The notes below the pieces were generated by a model. The model did not search any database and had not been told where the DNA came from. It saw nothing but the letters and a program-made list of their open reading frames with translations. Of a stretch of DNA of 64,000 nt, positions 36,041 to 49,508 are shown piece by piece. Origin of the DNA: Camelus ferus. Its lineage: Eukaryota. A program made the translations under genes and the position numbers. The stretch is taken from positions 2,854,001 to 2,918,000 of the forward strand of contig NC_045697.1 in the NCBI RefSeq assembly GCF_009834535.1, read 5' to 3'. How positions within the stretch are numbered: position 1 is the first letter of the stretch; each line of letters begins with the position of its first letter.

Positions 36041-38279
36041 TTTCCTTCTGGACTTGAGGCTGAATTGCAGACATGATTCCTCTTCACCCTTGAGTTCCTC
36101 GGCGTCGTGTCCTAAGAACGGGACCTTCTCCATACCCACAGCACAAGGACCAGAGTCAGACTCAGGTCCAATCCTGGGAGAACTGACCTAAGGCGGGGTG
36201 AGGAGAGAGGGCAGACGTGCTGAGGGACCATCCTAAGGTCAGGCTGGGAGCTCAGCCCAGGAGGGGCAGAGCTGACGTTCGAAACCAGGAAAAATCCACA
36301 ACCTTTCTGTGCCTTGCAGACACTGGCTCATTAGGGACTCTGCCCTCGAAGCTTACGGCTTAAGGGGGTGGGACAGAGGTGCTGATCCACCACTGGGACC
36401 CAGGACAGGGCTGTGCAGGCAGCCTCTTCTCTGGGGCCACCGTCCCCCCGCAGGCTCGTGTCACTGTCTGCCGTCTATCTGCGGACGAGTAGGGACTGTG
36501 CCCCACAGCCCCACGCACACCTGTGTTCCCTCCGGGTGGTGTTCTGCCCGTGGGCTGCCAGGTGGCTGTTAGCTGTAAATGTGTCTGGCGGGGGAGCTGA
36601 GATGCAGAGAGATGGAGCCAGCGGTGGGCTGGCTGCCTCCTAGGACAGAGTGCCCACGGCCGGGACCCTGCTGCCTACAGCTGGATGCAGGTCCTGCCTC
36701 CCAGGTCCAGCCAGAGGTGTCATGGACCACCCCACCAGCCGGTGCTCAGCATACCCTGAACGTCCCACCTGCAGAAGAGCCTGAAGGAGGGTCTCTGTGG
36801 TCAGGGTGCGGGCAGGGGCCACGCAGGGAAAGGTGGGGATGGAGAGGCAGGCTCAGGCCGAAGATTCCAAGTGTGACAGGGCTGCTGGGGAGCTGGAGGG
36901 TGAGCTGACATGTGTCCTGGAAGGATGGCGGTGGCCGCTGTGTGAGCAGAGGGGTGAGGCAGGGCTGGGAGAGGATGGTGCCCACCAGGCTGTGTCCCCG
37001 CGGTGCCCAGCATTGGGCTCAGCACTTTTGTGGCACTTTGAGCTGCAGACACGATGCCCCTTCAGCCTAAGGTCTCAGTGTGATGTGTTCCACGCCAGCC
37101 CAGCCAGGCAAGGTGCAGGAGGTGACGGATGAACGAGTGAGCCCACGGCTGCTCCCTTCCAGCGCGAGGCGGGGCCCCTGTAAATTCCCTGCTGTGTGGA
37201 TGGGGAGCTTCAGCCCTGAGGCCCGCGGTTCCCGGCCCGCCCTCGGCTGACTGGTCACCCCCACCCAACCTCCCTGACTTTGTGCAGATGCAGCAGTTTG
37301 GCTCCTGCTCTGGCCCAGGCGTCCTGGGTGACCTCACCCCCGAGGCATGCCCCCTGCCCGCTCCCCTTCCCGCTTCCTGCAGGCCGGGGCTGGCGCCCCA
37401 GTGTGCAGGCAGGGCTCCGCAGCCTCCCCAGGGCGCAGCCCAGGCCCTCGGCGCTCCGTCTCCAGGGGCTCCCCCAGCCCCCAGGTCCCCATTTCCCAGC
37501 CTCCCTGGGGTGACATGTCTGTCTGGAGATGGATGGTGGTGATGATTATGAATGTGCTTAATGCCAAGACCTGTACACCTAAAAATGATACAAAAGATAA
37601 ATTCCACGTTGTATATATTTTACCAGAATTTAAAAAATTTAAACCTTTACCGGCAATGAGGGCCTCCTGCTCCGAGCAGAGTCACCCTCCTGTTCCGTCG
37701 CCTCCACACTGCCCCCAGTGCCCCCTCCAGGCCTGTGTCCCCGCTGCTGTCCTTCGAAACGGAGCGCCCGTGTCATCAGAGCGCAGTCTGTGTCCTGACC
37801 CTGTGCTGGGTGCCTCGGGGGGCCCCGGGCAGGTGGACGGACAGGGACAGGTTTCTCTAGCGGGAGGAGTGCTACTCACGACAGGAACTTATCCCCGAGG
37901 AGATAGGCACTAAGTCTTCGCACGGGCGTCCAGCTGTGATGCTCCCACAGCGCAGCTGATGACGCTGAAAGCCGGGCCCGGCTTCATGCCGCCGGGTGGG
38001 CAGGATAGAGGCAGCGGCGGCCACAGGGCTCGGGCGGTGGGGTGCAGGAGCCTACTCAGTCCACGTGGAAAGTGACACCGTGCCTCCGGTGACAAAGGAG
38101 GTCACTCCCAGAGGGGCCCTATGATGCCACTTTTGTAAACATTATGCCTGTACATCTTTCTTTGAGAACCTGGAGGCAAGTTCTCCAGCACGCACACCGT
38201 GGGGGGGGGCTCTGGGCGACCTTTCCTTTCCTCGACTGGGCGGAGGGCAGAACTTTGAGCAGCTGTTTCAGAGCGACGT

Positions 38280-38460
38280 GAGTGTGTGCCCATGTGCACG
38301 TCGTGCACGTGTGTATGCATGCGCAGGGTGTGTGCACGCATGCGTGTGTTAATGGGGGTGTGTGTTGCATTGGGTGTGCGGGTGCGTGTTCGTGTGTGTG
38401 CAGTGCATGCATGCATATGTGTGAGATGTGTGTGTGACCCTCTGCCTGGGTGTGTGTCCA
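38280..38460. repeat. Degenerate (TG)n / RY-alternating tract
   Basis: GTGTGCACGCATGCGTGTGT... Confidence 0.8.
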
Positions 38461-39542
38461 TGTCTACACTGTGGCCACTGTCCCACCCAGCAGACAGTCT
38501 TGGTGCCCGTGGTCTGTTCCCGGGCCAGGATGAGAGTTCTTCTCAGATTTCCAGTCCTGGGAACCTTTCTGGTGGGGAGAGGGGTGAACTGGGGAGGCCC
38601 CTGGCCTCCAGCTGAGCCGGGGCAGAGGCTGGGATGCTGAGAGCACAGTGCCGACCTCAGCAGCTGCAGGGGGGCCAGGCTCCCAGGACGAAAACTTGCT
38701 TTTCCCTTTGTCACCACAGACCAGAGAAGCAAAGCCAGGCAGGTCTCAGAAAACACCCGCCTCTGTCATACTGGTGGGGAGACTGAGGCCCAGGGAGAGC
38801 ATGAAATGTGCCCACATCGGTTGAGTGAATAGCACTGTGGGGACACAGCCTCATGGCTCAGAGCATCGCAGCCCCTGTCCCCACCCCTTAACCACTACCC
38901 AAAGGAGTCCGTCCTGGGCTGGCTGAATAGGAACAGAGTAGACATGAATCCTGCCCTCGAGGAGATAAGGACAGGAGCATTTATTGAGCACCACTGCATA
39001 CATCCAGAACAGGCAAAGGGACAAGTTTCCAGTCTGTATCAGCCAGAGTCTGTGTTGGAAAGTGTCCTTGAGACCATGGGGTCCGTCCAAGTCACAGATT
39101 GGCCACTCACCAGCCGTCAGCCTCGAGCGACGACCCAGCTGTCTGAGACTCCGTTTCCTCACCTGTGAAGGGGGAAGATGCTGACCTCACGCAGGGGGAC
39201 CAAGAGTGACCAGCGAGGCTGCCTGGACGGTGCTCAATTAATAGCACTTACAGCCTCCCGCTGGCTGCTCCTTCACATCCCGGGTCACCCTAGCACATCC
39301 CTTTCTTCCCAGGCCACAGCACACAGGACCCCCTGCCCCATCCCTGCAGGCTCGGGAAATGCCTGTGTGATGATGTCACCTGGACACACTGGCACAGTCA
39401 CTCACTCAGGCAGCGTCCAGCCTGCTGCCACGGGCAGGGAGGGTGGGTGAGGGACGGCACGACTGCACACCGGGAGGCTCTGGGCCCCTCTGGCACCCAT
39501 CCTTCCCAACCGTCTATTTCTCTTTGGTTGTTATTCTTTGTC

Positions 39543-39730
39543 GTTATTGAAGTGTAGTCAGTTTGCTGTGTGGTGTCAGTTTCTGGTGTGCAGCACAATG
39601 CTTCGATCGTACACGTACACACATACATTTGTTTTCACATTCTTTTTCATTATAAATTACTACAAGACATTGAATATAGTTCCCTGCGCTACACAGTATG
39701 AACTTGTTTATCTATTTTATATATAATATC
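39543..39730 (-). mobile_element. L1 3' end fragment of a younger, artiodactyl-type family
   Basis: TTATTGAAGTGTAGTCAGTTT...TTGAATATAGTTCCCTGCGCTACACAGTA...TTTATCTATTTTATATATA. Confidence 0.7.
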
Positions 39731-39899
39731 AACTATCAATTTCTGGCTCCTTCTCAAGTTGGGAAAAATAACGTTATTGTAACTCATTTCTTATTAGTAT
39801 TATTACTATTACTGATTGCTTCTGATAATAAAATACCATTGTGTATAATTTAGAAAGTAGCAAAAAATATGCAGGCATTTTTTAAGGTCACTCCCTCAC

Positions 39900-40346
39900 A
39901 ATAGGTTGGATGGTGGCCCCAAAAGAGATTAAGTCCATGTCTTAACCGCAGACCCCGTGAACGTGAACTTCCTTATCTGGAAAGAGGGTCTTTACAGATG
40001 TAACTAAGCTGAGGCTCTCGAGATGAGATCGCCCCGGATGGTCTGGGAGGGAGGGCGCTAAATCCCGTGACCAGCGTCCCTGTCAGAGGCGCACGGAGGA
40101 GGAGACGGAGACGTCCGTGTGACGGTGGAGGCCAAGACTGGAGGGAGGGGGCCACAAGCCAAGGAGCACCTGGAGCCCCCAGATGATGGAGCAGCCAGGA
40201 AGGCTCCTCCCCGAGAGCCTCCAGAGGAAGCAGCCCTGCAGGCTCCCTTACTTGGACTTACGGCTTTCAGGGCTGTGGAGAATCAGTCTCTGTTAAATCA
40301 CCACGTCTTGTGGTGCTTTGTTATCACAGGCCCAGGAAACGAACAC
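39900..40346 (+). mobile_element. MaLR LTR (MLT1B/C-type)
   Basis: GGTGGCCCCAAAAGAG...TTATCTGGAAAGAGGGTCTTTACAGATGTAACTAAG...GCCACAAGCCAAGGAGCACCTGGAGCC...TTTGTTATCACAGGCCCAGGAAACGAACAC. Confidence 0.8.
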
Positions 40347-40719
40347 CGACCCCCACCCCAGCAGTCAGGGCGGCCTTTGTTGACAGGGAGGGCGCAGCCC
40401 TCTGGTCTTGAGTCTTGGGGAGCGTATGCGAGTTTGCTATGTAGTTAAGATCTTACCGGCAGACCTTGGAGTACCTTCTTTTTAAAAAGCATGATTTCAT
40501 GAAAATTTTCTCATGTTATCAAGTAATTCTTACAGAATTTAGTTTTCTTCTGATTACAAACAGGATACTATGAAACATCTGTGTATTTCATAAAATTTGG
40601 AAGATGCAAAAATATACACACAAGGAATAAAAATTATATTTGACCACGGCAACCAAAGATAACAAACACGTTTGCATTTTCCTCCGAGGTACAAGCTTTG
40701 GTCAGAATCCTGTCAGGAC

Positions 40720-41110
40720 ATGTGAAATGGTGCAGCAGCTCTGGGAGACAATCTGGAAGTTTCTTAAAAAAAAAAAAAGAAAAAGAAAAAAACTAAACTG
40801 AACACACACACATGACCTGGCTATCACATTACTGGGCGTTCGTCCCAGAGAAGCGAAGACTTGTGTTCTCACAAAACCTGCACACAGTCTTTCAGAGCAG
40901 CCCTCCGGGTGCTGGCCCAAAGCGGGGTCGACCAGGTGTCCCACAGTGAATGGTTACGCCACCTGCAGTGTGTCCGTCCTGTCTGTGCTGTGGACGCCGC
41001 TCCCGACGTGAAGGAAGAAGTCTCTGGTGCACTGATACTCGCCACAGCCTGGGTGGCCTCCAGGGCATCCTGCAGAGGGAACAAAGGTCAACGTCACAAC
41101 ATCACACAGC
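40720..41110 (+). mobile_element. Degenerate L1 3' fragment
   Basis: GTGAAATGGTGCAGCAGCTCTGGGAGACAATCTGGAAGTTTCTTAAAAA...AAAACCTGCACACAG. Confidence 0.6.
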
Positions 41111-42378
41111 GTGTGAGTCCCTGCTCGGGGGAGCCCCCACCACGCGCTGACCGCCCCAGGGTCACTGGGGCGCGGCTGCGGGGAGTGGGGAGCCACGCGC
41201 TGGGTCCCAGCCTGCGCCGCCTCCCCGGGCCTCAGCTCCCGGCAGGGCTGCGGCCCCAGGGCCCCTGAGGCACTTCACCCTGAGAAAGCCGGGCTCTCTC
41301 CCTGCGCCCGGAGCGCGTGCGGGGGGTCAGAGCAGGGACTCCCGAGCGTGCATTTGTCACACACGCAGGTAACAGCAGCAGCCTGGCAGCCTCTGCGGCA
41401 GGAAGTCCAACAGATACTCGCTTGTGGAAAAAATACATGCAAATAACTCATGGCGAAAAATATGACCCCGGAAAAAGGAGCTTAAGGGATTTCTGAGAAG
41501 AGAAAAGAACATGCTGTTCTGTGTGGAAGTTCTCCAAGTTTCCCTCCACGTGGGTTCAAAGCCCTTTCTCAGCCTAACAGCTCACACCTGCTGCTGTGTC
41601 GTCCCCCAGCCCCGGCCCCTGGGGCTCAGCCTCCTCCCTGGCGGCCTCAGCCCGCACCGGAGGCCTTCTCAAGCCCCGCCTCCACGCAGGCCGCCTCTCA
41701 CCCCGGCCTCACAGTGAGCAGGACCCTGGCAGGCAAACAGGCGGTGACAGTCTAGGGTGGTGAGCGCCGCATGGTAAGGGGTAGAGAGCCAGGGAGGGTC
41801 CCAGCTAGGAGGCCATGATGCCAGGAAAGGCTTTTCAGAAGGGGCCACTCACAGTGGGTCCTGAAGGGTCAGTAGGGGCCCACCAGGCAGGGACGGGAGC
41901 ACGCACGTGCAAAGGGGGTGTGGAGGGCGGGTGTGGCCTGGAGTCATCGCTGTCAAGCCTTTTTCCAGGAAAAGACAAGAACAGCGCTGTTTGCTGAGAG
42001 CTTGTACTTTACCACACACCCTCCCGCGACCCTTGCGGGACCCCTGGAATGGACATCATTATCCACATTTTACAGGTGAGGAACCACAACTCCGAGGGAG
42101 TGACTTGCTCACAGGCGTGCAGCTCTGAGCATCAGAGCCGAGACCCCCTGGGCTGTGTGCCCTTGGACACGTCCCACCAGGGCCCTTGATCCCTCACGTG
42201 GCCAGGGGGATGGTCGAAAGTGCCAGGAGCCCCGAACAGCTGCCTTCTGAGGCCTGTCTGTCCCTTTAAGTGGCATTTCTCGGGGATGCTGCTTTCTGAA
42301 CCCCTGGGGGAAGGCAGTGGGGCAGGCGGACCTGGGTGGGAACGTCCTTGCTGCAGTCTTCCCCCAGTCCTCTCCCTC

Positions 42379-42381
<3 letters not shown>

Positions 42382-42416
<35 letters not shown>
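42382..42416. repeat. (CA)n microsatellite
   Basis: About 17 perfect CA units. Confidence 0.95.
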
Positions 42417-42418
<2 letters not shown>

Positions 42419-42744
42419 CAAAGGAAGTGAAACCCAGCTCTCAGACCCCAGACCCCAGACCCAGAACAAAGCAGCCCTCAAGGGCAGACGGACCCTTACC
42501 CAGTAGTCTGAGGACCTGAGCTTCCCAGAGGAAGCCCGCCAGCCCCGACCTGTGTTCCTGTCTCCTGCAGGGCCATCGGTGCCCACACAGGACCTGTGTC
42601 CCCAGGCTCCAGGCCACCCCCTTCCCTCCCTGTGGGGCACTCTCCTGCCTGCCCCAGGCTGCCAGTGTGGAGGGGACAGCTGCCCCCGGCAAGTATCTTC
42701 TCCAAGCTTGTGGCTTGTTTTTCTGCTGTGTCTGAGCTGTCTTT

Positions 42745-42908
42745 TTAAAAATTTTTCTTAATGTTTGTTTTATTTATCTTTATTTGGGGGGTGGAGGTAA
42801 TTAGGTTTATTTATTTATTTACTATTTTTAGTGGAGGTACCGGGGATTGAACCCAGGACCTCGTGCACGCTAAGCATGTGCTCTACCACTGAGCTGTACC
42901 CTCCCCCC
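42745..42908 (-). mobile_element. tRNA-Ala-derived SINE (camelid vic-1 type)
   Basis: Minus strand GGGGAGGGTACAGCTCAGTGGTAGAGCACATGCTTAGCGTGCACGAGGTCCTGGGTTCAATCCCCGGTACCTCCA with A and B boxes, then (TAAA)n-CCTAATTACCTCC and an A-rich tail. Confidence 0.8.
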
Positions 42909-42919
42909 TGGTATATAAT

Positions 42920-43990
42920 TCTAATGGAGACAAACATCAGCCTTCTCCTCTCCTGCTATTTGTGTCTTGTTAGAGACATACCTTGCCACCCTGGCTCATG
43001 AAACTATTCTTTTTTTTTTAAGAGGTTCACATCACTTCCACTTCCCATATTTCGGTTTTAAATCAGGAATGGGTATTTGAGGAGGCTGTGAGGTAGGGAT
43101 TCCGTTTCAAAGGTGGGCAACAAGGAGTCCCTCCGTGGTTACTGAAGCATGCGACTTCTCCCAGAAGCCCTGCACACTTTGTATCACGTCCACATGCCGG
43201 GTAGTTCAACTCTAGGCTTTCGATTTTTCCCCATAGTTATTTATTTATCCCTGTCTCAACATGACCCTGTATTCATGAAATAACTTTATAATAAACCATG
43301 AGATCTGATCGGCAAGGCCTCCCTCCACAATTTTTTCCTCTTTTCTAGGGGTGTCACAGCTGTTCCTGAAATTTTGCCTTTCCTACGTACATCTCAGCAT
43401 CAGTTCGTGAAATCTTACACAAACCCTGGGGGAGTTTTTGGAATTGCCACAAAGGTGTCCACCAATTTGAAGAAAACTGAAGTTTTTGCCACATTGGGTT
43501 TTCCTGCCAGGATCACAGTCAGCGTCGCTTAGGTTCACTCCTGGGCGCAGCACGTTCTTGATATCCTGGACTGTACGATTTTTCAAACAGCGCTCCCTAA
43601 CTCATGGCAGCTGGTCTGCAGGAGAGAGGCTGACTTTTCTCCCCACTCTTTTTCCAGCAAACCTGGCTTCCTATTCATCCTCAAAGTTGTCTGAGACTCA
43701 CTTGGGGTTTTCTACGCAAACAATTGTATCATCGATTAATAATGGTCATTGTTTCTTATTTAACAACCTTTGAACCTTTTTCTTTTTCCTTGGTTTGCTG
43801 CGTTCCCTGGGACCTTTGACGCAATGCTGACTAGAAGTGACGGTGGAGGCCACGGCCTTGTCCTCAGCCTCACAGGGAACACGTCTGAGGCTCCACCCAA
43901 TGTGGCGGGAAACCCTTCTCAGGCTGAGGGGGTCCGGCCCTTGTTTACTAAGAGTACCCATCAAAGGTGGGGTGAGAGGGCCTGGGATGT
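42920..43990 (-). mobile_element. Highly degenerate L1 ORF2 fragment
   Basis: CTTGGGGTTTTCTACGCAAACAATTGTATCATC...AATGCTGACTAGAAGTGACGG...CCTTGTCCTCAGCCTCACAGGGAA resembles antisense L1 RT region. Confidence 0.55.
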
Positions 43991-45124
43991 TTTTCCTGTA
44001 CCCACGGCGGTGGCTCTAGGGTCTTCCTTAGATCTGCCCGACTGTTGACTGGGGACTAGGGTGAGGCATGAGGGTCTGCGAAGGTCACAAGGTGGGCAGC
44101 TGAGCTCACTGCGGCCCCAGCCTCCTAACCCGAACCCCCAGGGCCACCCCCCTAGGCCTCTCCATCCCAGGTGGGGCCCCTGGAGCGTCCTGGGAGGCAG
44201 ATGTCCTCTGGTTGGGCCGAGGTCAGGGCTCACCCACCCCCTCGCTCGGCTCCGGGATCCAGGCCCTGCTGGGAACGGGCACATCTGCTCGTGCGGGACA
44301 GAGCGTCCTGCGGCGCGCACGCTGCGGGGCCCTCCCTGCTGGCCTGCTCCTGGGCCTGTCCCCGTCCTGGTGAGGGATCTTCCAGCCCTGCTACCCCTCC
44401 CGAGGGGCAGGCCCATCTGGAGCCTGAGACGTCAGTGTTGTAAGAGCCGCTCCTCCCTCCCTCGGACTTCCCTGGAATCCTAGCCCTGCCCTCCTCCAGC
44501 CTCACGGCCTCCCCAAACTGACAGGTCCCCAGAGATGCCACCCCACCCCGCAGACGGGCCTAGAGCCGCCACGGAGCCTGCTGTGTGCTCTGGGCGGGAC
44601 GCCCCTGCTTCCTGGAGACACCCCTACCCCACGTTTCCTCTTCCCGGGATGCAGTGCAAACCCAGCCTGAAGCCACAAACGGGGAGAAATCCTGGTTTTG
44701 GTTCTGGATGGAGGTGAGGGCTGGCCTGGTGAGCATAGCCCAGGCGAGCAAGGGCTCTACTTGCAGCCAGAAGCACCTGCCCCTGGAGGACAGCAGCGCC
44801 CCGCACAGCCCATCAGCCCCAGGGATCCAGGCCTGCCCTAGAAGACTGCCCTCTGCTCAGCGACAGGCGCCCTGAAACCGGCTGCCTGGGGGTGCAGCTG
44901 GGCTGGAGGGTGGCTGAGAGCCTGGGGTCCCTCTCCCCTTAACTCCTGGTGCGGAAGCTGGAACTCAAGGCCTCACGTGCAGACTTGTGGAGCCTGGAGA
45001 GCACGGGCAGGTGGGCGGGTGCAGGTGGAGGTCTGCGGGGGAGGGCAGGCCAGGCAGGCTGCCAAATGTGGGTCCTCCTAGCTGGGGCTCCGGGCTGCAG
45101 GGACGCCTGGGCCGTGGCCTCCGT

Positions 45125-45545
45125 GTTTGTTATCTGTACTTCATAACAAATTACCACACATGTAGTGGCTAAAACCACACCCACTTACCTTCTTTGGTCA
45201 CGAAGCGGCACAGTTCCCCGCTCAGGGTCTCAGCAGATTGAAATCCAGGTGTCAGCTGGGCTGTGATCTTACCTGAGAATCAGGGACCCCTTCCACACCA
45301 CGTGGTTGTTGGCAAAATTCAGTTCCTTGTGGTTGCAAGACTAAGGTCCCCATATTGTTGAGGACTGTTGGCCAGGAACCGCTCAGCTCCTTGTCACATG
45401 GCCCCCTCCATAGGTAGATCACACCATGGCTGTTTGCATCTTTGAGCCTGTAGGAGAATTTCTGCAGCTTTAAATCTCTCCCTGCAGGGAAGGTTGGACC
45501 CTCTTATAAAGGGCTAGCCTGATTGGGTCAGGCCCACCCAAATTA
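45125..45545 (-). mobile_element. MaLR LTR (MLT1-type)
   Basis: CATAACAAATTACCACAC...GTTGTTGGCAAAATTCAGTTCCTTGTGGTTG...AAGGGCTAGCCTGATTGGGTCAGGCCCACCCA; antisense match to the element at 30140. Confidence 0.7.
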
Positions 45546-47739
45546 TTATTTGAATAACAACAATCTGCCAAGGAACATAATCTTCATCGCCTTTATAGAT
45601 GGGAAACCCGGAGCTCAGGGAGGGCAGGGCGTATCAGCGTGTGAAAGGCACCCACTGCTGCGTGCTCCAGGACACACCACGTTGGAGAGAGGCAAAGCCT
45701 AGGCTTGAACCTACATGGACCCCCACCTGGCTGCCAGCAGACAGGCCACACCTGCTACACAGCCTGTGACTGACAGCCCCACTTCCCAGGGCACTGGACC
45801 CCCAGGGAAGCCCGAGCTGACTGCTAGCAAGCTCCCCTACAGGGCATCACAGACGGTGCAGAGCCTCGTCCCGGGGCATCCTGCCCCCTGCAGACCCTCG
45901 GGCCGGCCTGGACGCACCTCTCCGTGCCCTCGGGAGACCCGCCGCGGCCTGCTTGGACCTTCTGCTGATGGGGGGCTCCCTCTTTCCTGAGATGAGCTCG
46001 CCCACCTCTGGAGACCTTGGCCCCGGAGAGCTCAGCAGAGACGCACCCAACCCCTGCATCTCCCACCTAGCTGCTGTTTGGAGGCGATGGACTGCTGTGG
46101 CTCCATTGTGATGATGAAGGTGACAGATGCTGTGCATCCTTGCGATGGTCACCATGCCTCTCTGAGCCTCAGTTTCCTCATCCAAAGCTAGGGACCTCAG
46201 ATGAAGCCGGTGCAGAGAAAGACATGGTCTGCAAGGAGGGGACAGAATGCTGGGGCGGAGCTCCAGGGCCCCTCAGTCAGAGGTGGGGCTGTGTGACTCT
46301 GAGCAGGTTGCTGTCCTGCTCTGTTCGGGAAAGTGGGTGGAGGGCCTTCAGGGAGCATGATTTTATCTCCAGGAGGGGCCGTTTGTTCCCCATCCCCACA
46401 TGGGATGCTCCGCCTGCGCCTGGAGCTTGTGAGCACAGTGAGTACACGGTGAACCTGAATGAGAAAGGAGGGGCCCTCTTTCTAAAACTGGGGCAGTGGG
46501 GCTTCTGGGCTGTGTGCCTACTACGTGTCAGGCGCGTGCCCATCTCACACCCACTCTGCTGACAGTGGGCCTTGCCGCCCGGAGCCCTGGCCTTCGAGCA
46601 GAGCAGGACTGGAACCCAGGTGGCCTGGGGCCCGAGCTAGCTGGGAGCTGGCCTCCGCCCACCTGCTCCTTACCTCGGCTACAAACGGGGTGCTGGCTGG
46701 CTGCCCTGTTTTGCATGCCCACTCTGTGGCCGGCACATGGTCTGTCTTCATGCTCAGAACCTTGAGGTAGGGTTTGTTTTTGGTTACAAAGAAGAGACTG
46801 AGGGTCTGAGAGGTTAAGCGACTTGATAGGAGTGACTCAGACTTTGGTTCAGTGTTCTGCAGCCTGTGGCGGCTGGAGCTCTTCCCATAGTAATGAGCGC
46901 CGTTAATAAGAAACAGGCAACACTGAGCCTGGGGTCTGGCACTGAGCTGAGCCCTCTGCTCCTCGAATCCTCAGTTCAACCCCAGATCCTGAGATTAGCA
47001 GCCTCGTTTGAGTTGTGACCAAACGAGCTCAGAGAAGTCAGCTTTCTCAACCCAAACCCCGCAGCCTCTAAATGAGGGGCTGGGATTTGAACCCAGAGCC
47101 TCCTCTGGGCCTCCAGTTCTGCTGCCCAAGAGCAAGGGGTCCCAGGATGCAAGGCTGGGACCCCGGGCGGGAGGGGCAGCTGGTAGAAGGTCAAGGAAGG
47201 CACGGATTCCAAGGCAGGTGGAGGGCCAAGCGTGACCCGGCCGCCGGCCCCACCCCACGCGGCCTGGCCGCAGGCCCAGCCCGGGGACGCTGCCCAGCAG
47301 GTCGCTGTCCTCAGAGACGTGCCCTCAGGGCGATCGTGATGGCGCTTGCCTTCGTCATGCCTCCATGTTCTCAGTTACAGTGCAGACTCCTCCCCACTTT
47401 CCAAACCCACCCAGCCCACAGAGAAGGCAGCCTGGGGTCAAGGTTAGATGTTTGTTGGCAGTTCTGCTAGGCTGGGGAGGCGCCAGTTCTGGAAAGCTCT
47501 CTGCTGCCCCCTGGTGGGGGAGGCTTGGGCGGGGCCTGCAGGAGGGGCGAGGGAGTTGGGGGCCCTCCCCAACTCCAGGACTAGAGGGGGGATGACGAGC
47601 TCCCCTGCCCGCAACCCCGAACCCACCCACCCGGGCCTTCCGGGCTCTGCCGCCTCTCCGCCTCCCCGCGGCACAGAAGCAGACCAGGGCTCTGCCCCAC
47701 CGGGAGCCCTCTCCAGGCCTCCACTTCCCGCCTGTTGAA

Positions 47740-47905
47740 TGAGGGTCTCGGGGCGGGAGACGGGAAGTACGGGTTTCTTTGGGGACGTGAAAATGTTCCG
47801 GAGCTAGACAGAGTGATGGCTGCTCAGCACTGTGAATGTACTGAATGCCACCAAACTGTTCGCTTTAAATGGCTCATTTTATGTTATGTGAGTTTCACCT
47901 CATTA
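47740..47905 (+). mobile_element. L1M 3' terminal fragment
   Basis: GAAAATGTTCCGGAGCTAGACAGAGTGATGG...CACTGTGAATGTACTGAATGCCACC...TTATGTTATGTGAGTTTCACCTCA. A similar fragment lies at about 37515-37640. Confidence 0.7.
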
Positions 47906-48759
47906 ACAAGAGAAGCTTGGAATAGCGCCCTGGGGTGCGAGCCACCGGGATGCGCACAGCCTCGGAGCCTCGGGTCCCTGTCTGTAAACTGGGGAGCAAT
48001 TTCAACCCTGCCTAGATTCCTGGCCCCTGGCTCGTTGCTGGGAAGAAAGGGAGAGGGCAGGGAGGGCTGGGGTAGGCGGCCCAGATCGGGGACTCCACGC
48101 AGGGCTGGAGGCTCTGCTACCTTGCATCCTGAGGGCTGACCAGGGGCTGGAAGTGGCACTGGCCATACTGGGCTGGAGGACACCGGGATAGGGGAGCACT
48201 TGGGCCCCCTTCTCCTGTTTCCATCCCTTTCAGGACACAGACGAAAGGTGGAGAGGTCTGGGACCGTGTACCCGCCCTTGGGTCCTAATAGAACACATCA
48301 CTTGAGTCAGGCTGGTGGGGTGGTGCGGTGGTCACTGCGCTGGGCTCTGGAGCTCTGCCCCTGCCTCCTGCTGTGTGAATATGGGCACGCATCTGACCTC
48401 TCTGTGACCTCCGTTTCTTCAACTGTGAGTGGAGATAACAGTCCCAAGCTTGCAGGGCAGAGTGAGGACTAAAGGCAGAGCGCAGTGCTGGACGCGGTGA
48501 GTCCAGGGAAGGGAGAGGGCGCCCAGCGAATCACATGGCCGACTGTCTCTGCTTTAACAGGCAAGAAAACAAGTTTGAAGAAAGGACCTGCCCGAGGCTG
48601 CATGGTGAGTGGCCGGCTGGGGAACCTGCCCGCTCATAGCTGAGGTCGGGGTGCAGCAGCAGGGTGGACCCCAGGGCTAGAGCCTGGTCCCCAGATGCTC
48701 CCCAGGAGGCAGCCCAGGGAGGGGAGCCTGCAGACTCCAGGACATTTCTGCAAAAACCA

Positions 48760-48765
48760 TTTATT
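48760..48765 (-). terminator. SH3TC1: SH3TC1 polyadenylation signal AATAAA
   Basis: TTTATT on the + strand about 93 nt past the stop codon, implying a short 3' UTR. Confidence 0.75.
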
Positions 48766-48857
48766 TCTATTTGGCCCCGAGCGTCGTGCCTCTGTTTCCC
48801 AGAATGAGCCACCCGAGACACCGGGACAGACCGAGGCCATGTCTGCGAGGATGGGGC

Positions 48858-49508
<651 letters not shown>

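Noticed and set aside
42835..42908. tRNA-Ala-like sequence as a functional tRNA gene
   Set aside because: Followed by a SINE body and A-rich tail, with an imperfect stem; better explained as a SINE.
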